This document shows, one piece after another, positions 52,990 to 64,000 of a DNA stretch of 64,000 nucleotides (positions within the stretch are counted from its first letter, which is position 1; every line of letters starts with the position of its first letter). Under the pieces are notes generated by a model, which did not search any database, was not told the origin of the DNA, and worked only from the letters and a program-made list of their open reading frames with translations. Source of the DNA: Hydrolagus affinis (taxonomy: Eukaryota). The DNA lies in contig JAAILG010000234.1 of the NCBI GenBank assembly GCA_012026655.1, positions 1 to 64,000 on the forward strand, written 5' to 3'. Both the position numbers and the translations under genes were made by a program.

Positions 52990-53510
52990 CACCCCTCAGG
53001 CCACTGCAATGCTCACACACGCAATTGTCATCTCAAGGCTCGATTAAGGAAACTCCTTCCTTGTTGGACTCCCCAATTCTTCTCTCCACACACTGCAGAT
53101 CATCCAAAACTCTGCAGCTCATGTCCTCTTCTGCATGATCCCATCACTGCACCCTCGACCGGCTCCTCTGGCTCCCCTGCCCTCAGAGGATAGAAATCAA
53201 GATCTTCTTCCTCACTTTCAAGGCCCTCCATGGCCAAGGCCCCCACCTACCAATATCTGAGCTGCTGACACCCGATCAACCAGTCTGCTCCCTCCATTCA
53301 GGAAGCTCCTGTCGGCTCTATGTCTCCCACCCAACTTGCCCTACCATCAGTGACCAGGCTTTCAGTCTCTCTGCCCCAAGCTTTGGAACTCCATCCCCAA
53401 ATCCCTTCCCTTTGCTCCCTCCCTTGTCTCCTGCAAGGCCCAACTCAAAACCCTCCTCAGCCACCTCTCTACACCCACATTCTCTGCTCTCCCTCATCCT
53501 AACCACCCGT
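52990..53510 (+). mobile_element. L2-clade LINE 3' fragment
   Basis: Degenerate ORF2 C-terminus ('…ISRLD..NSFLVGLP…LQIIQNSAAHVL…') and 3' sequence shared with 15160 and 18404. Confidence 0.75.
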
Positions 53511-53515
53511 CCTTT

Positions 53516-53874
53516 CAGGAACGGCGCAAGGGTACTTGGCGCCCTGGGCGAGCCTTCAGATATACGCCCCCTAATAACTTTTGATAAGCTAATGTTAGTA
53601 TTAAAAATTCATATAATTAATTATCAATGAAAGTACAGTAATGGTAATAGTTATATACATTTATTAATGAAACATACTTCTGTTTAAGTATTAAGCATTC
53701 TACGGTCAACTCACTGCTAACTCCCACGCCTCCGCCACTGTACGCCAGCAGACGACAGCAGTAGTTTTCGCCGCACGCGACAAACCGTACGTGCTCTGTA
53801 ACCAGGGCCGGCGCCCCCTAAATTTTGGCACCAAAGGCGACCGCCTAGTTCACCTAAAGCTAGCGCCGGCCCTG
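53516..53874. mobile_element. hAT-like MITE
   Basis: CAGGAACGGCGCAAGG … GCTAGCGCCGGCCCTG imperfect TIRs with GC-rich subterminal repeats (ggcgccc); no clean 8-bp TSD. Confidence 0.5.
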
Positions 53875-54149
53875 CCTCCCTCAACAACAACAACAAAATT
53901 ACATTTATATCGCGCCTTTCACGTTGGGAGGACGTCCCAAGGCGCTGAACAATCAGGTCAGGACCAGAGCAGTGAGCGGGGGGGGGGGTGGGGGGTGGGG
54001 GGCGAAGGGTAGGGACACGGAGAGTAGAAGAATTGACTGTATATTTGTGGGCGAAACGCGGCAGCCAATCCTCCTCCCCCCTTCCTCCCTATGCTCGGGA
54101 CCTGACCCCTGACAGCTCCACGCCTTGGGACGTCCTCCAGACGTGAAAG

Positions 54150-54540
54150 CTCACGCTCCGCCCCCTGGGGGTTCAAACTCCTCCCTTGGGGCTCAAGCTC
54201 CTCCTCCTCCTGGGGATTCGACGTGACCTCGTCCCACCAACGGCTTCTCCGTTGCTTAGCAACAGCGTCAACAAGAGGGCCAGTGAAGCGCCGCCCTGGG
54301 GCCGAGAGGAAAGCACAGGCCGTGGGGGGGAGAGAGTGCGGCTCCCCGGCCCCGAGAAGAGAATGAAGCGCTGGAGAGAGTCTGTACTGTAGCGGCGGCG
54401 GCAGAATCAGCCTGGGAGCGGCGCTGGGCTGTTCCCCGTGTGGAAGGTGAGAAGCTCCGGCTCCGGGGGACGGTTGCTGCCGCCTACCTGCTGGCAGTGC
54501 CCGAGAGGACAGCGCCTGCGGCTGATTAACTAACCCTAAG
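54150..54540 (+). promoter_or_regulatory. CpG island, probable TTC6 promoter and non-coding exon 1
   Basis: GC/CpG-rich; GC box CTCCGCCCC; X-box GTTGCTTAGCAAC at 54251-54263; donor AAG|GTAACA after 54540. Confidence 0.6.
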
Positions 54541-55779
54541 GTAACAGTATTCAACACTTCAAAATAAAGCAGGACATTCACCCAACGGTCCGATGTTTGC
54601 TGTGACATTTCATGGCCTTTTTGTTCATTGCAAACTTTAATAAATAATAACAACGACAATAATAATCATGGCATTTTATATCGCGTCTTTTTAATGCCAT
54701 TGAAGTTCCTCAAAGTGCCTCCTGGGGCGGACGGAGGTAAACAAGGTCTCATTGGAGCTGAACTGGATCCAAGGCAGGTCCCGGGTATTCCGGAGCACAG
54801 CTATCCCTTGCTCATTGGCAGGATTTGGGATGACAGACAAGTCACCGAGGGCAGGGAATCAGTCCGCACGTCTCCCGTTAAAGCACTAACGGGCTGAGCG
54901 ATCCTAACTGGTCAAGCAGCGGGTAAGCTTGGCGGACAGAAAGTGCATCACTGAATATTTACTGTCAATATTCGCTGTGTTGTGACTGTGCGGGTTTGTA
55001 GGTGAAGGATGAGCTCACTCATTACCAGGGCCGATATTCTACCCTCACTTAAAATTCTTGGAAAGTTTAAAAAGTCACACCCAATGTTTTGCTTAAAGTC
55101 CCTCAAGCTGCTCCATCTGCCAGTGTCTATTGTATAAATCCATTTTGAAAACCTGTGAGTAAGTCCCAGGAATCAGCAATTTGCAGAAGTGGTTTGAGTA
55201 CTGTACTGTGACACTTCAGGTTTGTATTGCTGACACAGAATTATGTCGAGTGATTGTTGAATTAATCTTCTTGTTATGGGTTTTATTTTTCAATGTCAGT
55301 ATGATGGAAAATGTCTGTTCATCCAAGATCTTCCTATGAGCTAAAGGAAACACATTGCAATTCCCATAGAAGACCTGCTTTCCTTATGTTCTGCTGATTA
55401 TCCATGACCATATGCTTCTTCATAGGGTTGGAAGGGAAATAATAATAATAATGAACATTTCAAAGGAGATTTATCTTGAACTTTATATTTGGCTGAGATT
55501 TGGGACATTTCACAGGGAATCCTAAAGTGACAGAGGGAGAAAGTGTCACCCAAACCAACATCTTCTCATGAATAGTGTTTATGTGAATCACCTATTGCTT
55601 CCATGTGAAGCAGATGGTTGTAAATTGATGAAGTTAATTAGAATCAAAACATTTATTTTTCAAGGTTCACCACAGGGTCATGCAATAAGAATATACAACA
55701 TTTCCCAAAATGTTTCCATTTAAATCTAGAAAACCTTATTTCGGAAGTTAGCCAGAGTAGACATCAAGGTACTATTAAG

Positions 55780-56110
55780 GGACTGGTACCTCAGTGGTTA
55801 GAGCATTCGCCTTTCAGAGGTCAGTGGTTAGAGCAAGTGAGAGACCTGGGATCAATTCCCAGCAGGGCAAAACCTTGGGCAAGTTTCCTTATTCCACATG
55901 CCTAATAGTAATCCCTCCAAAAAAAATTATAATAATTTTCTCACTCAATTCATGACTAGTTGTGGAACACTGCTGTGCGCAAATGGCTGCCGCATTTCAC
56001 CCATAAATTTACAGTCAATTCACTTTATAGTATATTCTGTGAAGTGCTTTGAGACGTATAGAAGACGTGAAAAGCGCTATATCAAATGCAAGGATTATTT
56101 ATTAGTAGTA
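55780..56110 (+). mobile_element. tRNA-derived SINE (head has a duplicated CAGTGGTTAGAGCA)
   Basis: Same family as 10139. Confidence 0.85.
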
Positions 56111-57489
56111 GTAGTGGTAGTTAGATCCATTTGATGAGCTATCATCAGATTAGTCTCACAGGACCAAATGGCTGTTTTCTATTATTCTTAAGAAATTGGA
56201 AAATGGGCAATCTTTATGAAATTATGGAATGATGCGCAGAAGATGAAGGGAGTTCCAATGATTATTTCAACCAGTTCAACTCCACGGGCACTCCACTTAC
56301 CTCCATCCCAAGGAGGATAGTCACTAGTTGGTCCCTCGACATCTGACAAGTGCGGATTTGAGTCCTCATTAGGTGGATGGTAGGTACAAGGAACTCCCTG
56401 GTAGCTTCCCAGTGGGCAACACAGCTCAGCGTGACATGCGTGAGAGCATGGCCACCGTCTTCCTGTCCACAGCTTGGGCACACATACCTTCCCATTGAGT
56501 GATGGTTCCACCAATTTGGAGGTGCTGAGTTTAACCTTGTAGCCAAACAAGGTGGATGCCAGGCACTGGATGTACGAACGCTTGCTTGCTCATGAACTCA
56601 GAATCCAGGTAAGCAGCTGTCACCCCAAGCCTCAGTTTCTTCATCGGTGTCTGGAGGGCACCTGCCTTCTGTGTGATGGGCAGACATTTACAGGACAGAT
56701 TCTGACGTGCTCGCCACCTTGATTATACATAGACCAAAATCACCAGTGAAATGGTCCGTTTAGAATCATGGAGGTGACCATGCATTAGGTCAGAACTTGT
56801 AGGAGTTTGTAATTGAATTGTGTCACCCGGCAGATTACAAAGACCTTCAGAAATGTAAATAATTATAAAGTCACTGGTTGTGAAACCTGTTCTGTCATTG
56901 TGGAGCAGAGATGCAAACATATCAAAGTTCCTCCAGAAACAACATTATTTGAGACTTACCTTCCTGGTCTCACAGTGTTTCTGTAAATCAGGTTTTCACA
57001 TTGGGACGTCTTCCTAACTTGAAAGGTGCTCTATAAATGTAATGTTGCTGTTGTACTATAACTGCTATTCTTTTACAAAGCTTGTGTTGATTGGATGTGA
57101 AATTGGATTGATTTGATATGATTGGGACAAACTGTTCAGCATAGCTTGTCGATTAAGAGAACAGGAATTACTTGCAACTTTCTTTCTATTAGTTTGCTTA
57201 GATTATTCGTGTTGCAGGTCTCTCACAGTCCGTATCGGCAGGTACAGTATCACTGCCGCTGACAGCGGGTGCCTCTAAATCACTATGAAATAATATGATC
57301 CTTCAACAAATGAAAGGATTATTAATATTATTTTTCAAAATGAAGACGGTTACAGTTTACAGCGAATGCCAAAATAAGTGTTTGTGTATCTCGCTTATGT
57401 TTAAAGATGCTATAAGATGACTATTTCAATACTGTATTTTACAGAGTGCCTGGATCTATAGGTGAACTTCTGAAACGTCGGAAGAACAG

Positions 57490-58440
57490 ATGATTTTAGT
57501 TTCTGCTGAACCTGAGAAAGTACAAGAGATGGATCCTTTACAGGAGGAGTCACAATCAGACTCAATTCATGAGGAACTGCCATTTGTGACATCGGTAGCA
57601 GAAAATCCAGGAGAAATGATTCATCAGTTGAATGACAGCGCTCTTCCAATATCTCAAAACTCTCAAATAAACATTGAAGACAATTATGATTCAGAAAATG
57701 CTGATATTGCCACGACTGAAACAGCAAAAGCAATTCCTATACAACTGTTTATGAAGAGACCAAAAACTAGTGCAGGAGAAGACACACTAGGTGTTATCAT
57801 AGATCCTGAAAAAGCTAATAAGGGTTTGGGTGCCAACTGGAATAAGAATATTATTTCTAAAAGTATTTTAGAAGGTTTAACTCAATCCAAGGCTGACTTA
57901 AAGCCAGCAATAGCAGCAGCGGCTGGTACTATTTCGGGGGTAACTATGTCAAGGAGGCCGAAACCACCACGCAAACCTAAATCTGGTAAATTGAAATCTG
58001 TATCGTATCGTCCTTATCATGTTGTTCATGCAAAGGGTAAGGGACATAGAAAAATGGAAAAAATTGAAGATGGCGTTAAAAAAACATCCCACATTATTGA
58101 TAGCAGCAAACAGCTCCCGAAAGTATTGTTGTCAAAAGTAGTCAAGAGAAAGCTTAAAAGAGATGCTCTGACTTCGGCAAAAGCCGTCAAAGATGAGGTT
58201 TCGCAAAAGGGGCCGGATGAGGCTAAATACACATTACAGCTAGATGGAACAAAAATACATGACAAAAATGTGCCAGTGAATGGAGGTCGGCCACCAATGG
58301 AAGCTAGTGCAAAATCTGTTGATGAAATCATTGCTTCACTGCGGGCTGCAAGGCATACCACCTCCCAGTCTGCTTCAGACCGGAAGATCAAAGGAGTCAT
58401 GGAGAAAGTGTTTGGTTACAGTTACAGCAGTAAACCTGAG
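57490..58440 (+). CDS. TTC6: TTC6 first large coding exon (exon probably starts at 57445)
   Basis: 317-codon frame ending at GAG|GTAGGT; acceptor tattttacag| at 57444; in-frame stop upstream at 57463. C-terminal 'SVDEIIASL…ASDRKIKGVMEKVFGYSY' resembles recalled TTC6 'SIEEIIASLQ…ASDQTIKELIRSVLGQNY'; syntenic position next to FOXA1. Confidence 0.8.
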
Positions 58441-59711
58441 GTAGGTGAACCAGAACAAGTGATATTTTCTCCTTACTGAACGTGGAATGTAATGAGAGAT
58501 GTAGTTTTCCAAATTACAGCAGTTTGTTATTATAAAATACCAGACAAAGCAAACAAGAACACGTTTGAGTTCAATGGCTTTGAAATACTGAAGTGAACCT
58601 GCAATTCCCTTTTACTGCATGTGGTCCATTAACCTTGTTATGTGGTCACGTTATATTCTATATTGCTGAATGCACAAATATAAAACAACATTAACATTTA
58701 GGGAAGAGTTTAATTGCTTTCTGAAATAATGACAGACATTGTTGTAGTGCTATTTTGTCACCATACTGAATCAAATGAAAACTGTTGGGAGGACATACAA
58801 TCAATCATATATACCTTAAATTCAATAACATTTCTGGTTTTAAACAAGAATAGATGGATTTGTATGATATTATGAATTATCACGTGAATATGCATGGGAA
58901 TTTCTGCTTGAATTTTCAATTTAAATACACTACTAACTTTTGCATTGCTATACATCTTGTGTGATGCCTTAAGTTGAGGCAGAATGATTTCATCTATAAA
59001 TCAGAATGATTGAGGTCTATCTCCAGAAATATTTGCTAGTTGTCTTAAATTCAATGTGAGTGTTGGATAATCAAGTTTAATTGTCACAGTAGTATGATAG
59101 GAAATCAACTACCTGTTATTAGTGCTACTGGATTGTTAGATGAGGCTATTTTACAAAGGTTAAAACTATTACAATAGTAATGCTAGACAGACCAAATAGC
59201 AGTTTGTATGTATAGTATATAATTGTACCTAATTATAATATTTGTATACATACATGTAAAATCTGCACGCCTCATGATTGACAAGTTCCAAATGCTTCCC
59301 AACCACCAAAGCATGAGAGGCAAATTAAATCATTAACATGTAATTTCAAAAGAAAAACTTATATATCATAGGCCACAAGATTAAACATCTCAAAGTGAGT
59401 ATATTTTGAGTATATTTCAGGCGAGACAGACTAAATGGTCAAATATGCTACAGTGATTTTTTGTCAGAAAGAAGGAATTAACCATGTGAGGGTTTTGCTT
59501 AACAGGCATATTAATTTTATTATTCATTCTTAATGATTTAAACTTGAGAAATTGTTCATGAAAAATGTGAAGAATCATATTTATATATCATAAAACACAG
59601 CCATTCCACTTTATTCTATGAAACGCTTTGGGAAACCTTCCTCTTCCCAATGTGAAAGGCATTTTACTAAATGTAATGATTATTTGTTATTATTGTTTTA
59701 ACTACCATAAT

Positions 59712-60010
59712 AGGATTCCTGTCGCTCACTTGCCATGAAAGCGAAAGATCAGGGTTCAATTCCCGGCAGGGCAAAACCTTGGGCGAGTTCCCTTACTCCA
59801 CATGACTGATAATAATCCCTCAAGGAAGAAAAACAATAATAATTTGGTCACTTCATCCACGACTGTTTGTGGAACATTGCTGTGCACAACTGGCTGCTGC
59901 ACTTTGCCCACAAATATGCAGTAAATTCACTTTACAGTATATTCTTTAAGTGCTTTGAGATGTCTCGAATATGTGAAAAGTGCTATATCAAATAAACAAT
60001 TATTATTATC
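59712..60010 (+). mobile_element. tRNA-derived SINE
   Basis: Same family as 10139. Confidence 0.85.
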
Positions 60011-63000
60011 ACAGTAATTATTGAAACGGATTTTGAATTAGGTAGAAAAGTATATCAGGATAAGGTATAGACAAGGGTTAAAATACATCACATATTTGGT
60101 TTACACACTGTGGCACTGTGCTCATATCAGTAACTGTGAATTTTGAAGTTCTAAAAAAGATTTAATTTTTAGATAGTGGAAATGGGGAGAAGAACAAAGT
60201 GGTAGTTCATGCATTTATGCAACCAAACGTAGTCCTATCACCCTGAATTACATTCATGGCCTTTGCTCAGGTTGGGTTCAGATGTCAATTATGCTTAAGG
60301 CTAGTGGGTTGATAAAATAATTGGGTACAATTCTTGGAAAACTCTTAAGACAAAAAAATCTACTTTCTCCAAAACAAAAATGAATAATAATACAGGTGAA
60401 CAGTTTGGGATTTTTGTTTTTCTTATGATTATATGTTTGGCTAGAAATGATCAAGTGAGTCTTTGAGGAAGAAACCATCACATTTGATTAGTTTGATAAT
60501 TGTAGTGTAACTCCTGTGTCAATAAATATGATATTTGTAGCTCAATAGTTTAACTTTGTTTTGAGTTCTCATTATTTACCTGAGTTTTATTTTGAGAGAG
60601 AAAATCACCATAGTGTTTATCTGATTCCATGAAAGAAGGGCTTTGTGTGTGTATATACAATATGTTTTGCACAAACGTTGCAGTTTAGTAGCCTTTTTTA
60701 AATTTAACTGTGTATACATTGAAACATTTTCTAATGGAAGGCATGGAGTTACTCCAATAAGTAGTGGTAATGATAGAACTCTGATTCTTGCTGCTGAATA
60801 CTGTACAAGGAAGTTACTGCCTGCTCAACATTGTTACTTATAGAGCTACTTTTAAAGTTCACAAATGACCCTATTTACTGCCACACCCTACAGACCCACA
60901 TGGAAGAGGAGCCCATTTATTTGGCAAGGTCATTGAAAGTTAAGTGAATTATGTTATCAGCCACATACCAGATTTTCCGCTCTCCTCCCCTGTAGACTGT
61001 ATGCTGGAGGAATCAGAATTCCCCACAATGCTTTATTGTATGCTACTTACCTGATTGCTGTTATGTTATTTCCTTATGCAAGGTGTTGAGTGCATTTTTA
61101 ACATCTCCTTTGATGTAAAATACACATTTTATGTTTTCTGTTCCTTAGAAAATAAGTAGCCAAGTGTGTGTATGTTACAAGTTAACAGGATTGTACTGCC
61201 ATCCTTTGGTTACCAGAGGTATTGTGATTTAATATTGAATTTTCCAAAAGAAAGTACAGTAGTTACAGTATATAAAGGTTGTCTTAGTCACTACTATTCA
61301 GCGTGGAAGTGGAAGCATATAGCTTAAGACACTAAGCTACAAATTGGGCTCAAGCTTTTTATTTTACAGAAGTCATTTCCAGATCACCAGACGTTTAGCC
61401 ACTGATCCTACACTTCACTTTATTTTTACAGTACTTGTATACTGTTTTAATTGTTGTATTTCATTACCTGTTCAGTTCACACAAGCCAAAATTATATACA
61501 AATAATTCTGAACACAATTGAATCATTGCCATCAATGAAAATGTGCAATATATGCCATTTGATTTGCTTAACGTCATTTTTTATGGCACAATTTTGTTCA
61601 GTGCAAACAAAATCAGACACAAAGTAAACAGTAATTCCAGATTACAAATTGCTTAGGCTTTACTGTCATTATGAATTGCAATATATACACTCCAATGTCT
61701 GTATATTACGCATAAGGCATACAAAAATGTGTCAGACCTTTTAGACGATTCAGTGAATTGATAAAATGCAATGAAATGTGTGTAAAAAAAATAAGAATTA
61801 TGGCATTTCCAAAGGTTGTTGAAATCATTTACCACATTGGCCATACATAATCTTTAATTTTTCAGAATAATGTTATTATGATGTATTAGGCTTTGCACTT
61901 AATGTAAAACTGTGGATTTAATATTGTACATATGGAATTTTGTCCATTGTAGTTTATGCATAGTTAAAAGATTCTATCATTACTGATGTAAACCAACCCT
62001 GTTTAGAAGCTGTTTTTAGTATATGGGGACAGCGGACAGATCAACAAGTTACCGCTAGTGAACAATTTTTAAAAAAACATAAAGGAAAAAATCGGTTGCA
62101 GATAGAATTGGTGCATATTCTGTTAATTTAGTGCAGACTGCAGGTAATCTTATTATTTATAACTTTGAATGTCATTTAATTATTTATAAATTTAGGGATA
62201 AAAACTAATCTAGTTAGAGTACTCTATCACTGGTCCAAGGGTCATCTTGGATAGGGGTGGAATCTAATGATAATAGGAAATGTGTCAAGGTCATACCTAG
62301 CTCTTTTATTGTCTCTTCAGTAACAAAACTATTTTTATACTGTATACTGTATATATGTGTTGAAAACATATTTAGTTGAAAATAGGATTGGATATTATAT
62401 ATGAAGGTTAAAAGTGAGATGAACAAATATGATTTCCGTGCTGCCAGGGCCTTCGGGCAGGACACGGTACAATCATAGAAATATGGAAATAAATGACTAT
62501 TCTGGCATTTTACTCAATTTCCATTGGAAGCAGAGCATACTGTATCTATGCTAGAGTACAGCTTCCATATTATGTGGGCGGAGAACGAAAGTCAGATTGT
62601 TGAAGAAGAAAAAAAATCCAACAAACTCATAATAATCCAAACCATCTTGAGCCTCTCTCTTTACAGAGACATGCCTAATTCTACATGGTTTCATATTTGG
62701 TGCTGTTTTTATTTTCCATTTTGGAGCAAACCAAGTTAATAATAAACAGACATTTTGCAAAAACACTACAGAAGAAAAATCAGGAGGTCTGCTATATTAC
62801 TGATAATTGTCTTTGGTCTAATACACACAGAGTATAGAGTATTCTTTCAAGTTGGTAGGACAGCTCAAAGTACTGTAAATACTGTATGTTATTTGTTGTT
62901 GTACACTTTAGAACATAACAACCATATATGTTTGAAATCAAACACATTGAACTACCACTGTTAGGTGATATCTGTTACTTTATTTTAGTGTGACCTTCAG

Positions 63001-63184
63001 GTTTAAGGCACAGATATGCCATTTCAGGTTTAAAGACAAACATTGATATTCATTGATTTCAAAAGCAACAGTGCATTTATTATACAACCATGGGATTGTT
63101 CATAGGAACACTTCTACGCTCTAATGTTCAACAGTTCCAGATTACAATTGCAGTAGGTGTATACATATTGAATCATTTTTGCAG

Positions 63185-63286
63185 GATTTGAAAGAGGTAG
63201 ATTCAGAATTACAACCTCCACAAGAAGAAGAGGCTGGTCCATCCCACCAAGCCTCAAAGCCATTGTTGCTACAGGATTTGCAGCAG
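63185..63286 (+). CDS. TTC6: Probable TTC6 coding exon (DLKEVDSELQPPQEEEAGPSHQASKPLLLQDLQQ)
   Basis: tttttgcag| acceptor, CAG|GTAACT donor, 102 bp open frame, phase 0 to 0, compatible with the previous exon. Confidence 0.65.
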
Positions 63287-64000
63287 GTAACTTTACAGCA
63301 TATGTTTAATAAAATTACAGTTTTAGTGTCTTTGCACAGAACCAACACAGTTTTGAATAGCTAGGATCCATTTAAAGCTAACATTGTAATTCAACTGCAG
63401 CTCTCTTGATGGTACAGTGGGGAAACATACTAATGTGGTATTGAACCAAGTAGTACAAGAAGCTTCACAATCATCAAATTAACTCTCAAAATGGCTGTGG
63501 GACTGATATTTAAACTCTAGGTTTAATATGCCAATAATTATATTCAAAAGGGGCCAATTGTACAACATGTTGATGTACAATACATGACATCCACGTCATT
63601 ATAAAAACCTGATTCCTGTTCCCTCATTTGATAAGTTTATAGTCTTAGTCATACTGAGAAGCATTGTACAGAGATATAGCCACTTTCTTGGAGGAAAGAA
63701 GGATAATGAAAGTGATATGTGGAATATTTTGATCGTAAGAAAGTAAAGAGCATAAATGGAGACATTTGTTGTTTGTTGCCACTTAATTGCTGTCCTGAAT
63801 TTGGAATTCCATGTGTCACAGAAGAACTAAACTAAACAAAGGCTATAGTTTGGATGTATGGTGGGAAAATCAATAACATTTGTACCAGAACATAATTAAC
63901 ACATCCCTAGAATAGAGTATTTGGTTTACAATTGGACATGTGATTGTTGAAATCCTTGTCATAGAAGATTATACTGGATGTTAAGATAATAATTCAAAAT

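Noticed and set aside
53958-54659. 233-aa minus-strand ORF
   Set aside because: Spans a CpG island and repeat fragments, starts at a non-ATG codon, and has no recognisable domain.
57218-57241. Possible 24-nt 5'UTR micro-exon of TTC6
   Set aside because: It has AG/GT boundaries but a weak donor (GTACAG) and no other support.
58026-58400. 124-aa minus-strand ORF
   Set aside because: Antisense to the TTC6 exon.
62524-62739. Possible additional TTC6 exon
   Set aside because: No convincing splice-site pair or recognisable peptide.

Overview
This is vertebrate genomic DNA. The repeat content (DeuSINE-type SINEs, CR1/L2 LINE fragments, shark-type palindromic Penelope-like relics) suggests a cartilaginous fish, possibly a chimaera (inference). 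The window holds the syntenic block MIPOL1 (+; last three coding exons) -> FOXA1 (-; complete two-exon gene, about 477 aa) -> TTC6 (+; probable CpG-island/RFX promoter and first coding exons). The rest is introns and intergenic DNA with candidate enhancers, a broad CpG-retaining, repeat-poor domain around FOXA1, and transposons: a pogo/Passer-like element, Tigger-like MITEs, a solo LTR and SINEs. There are three 100-N gaps. I found no prokaryote-style system and no clearly new protein-coding system. The best leads are a 9-codon uORF whose stop overlaps the FOXA1 start codon, a cluster of ancient miRNA seeds in the FOXA1 3'UTR, a fold-back MITE with two right ends enclosing a CR1 fragment, hammerhead-like cores in Penelope-type relics, and a possible Meta+Deu hybrid SINE. 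Gene identities rest on recalled protein sequences and synteny, not database searches.
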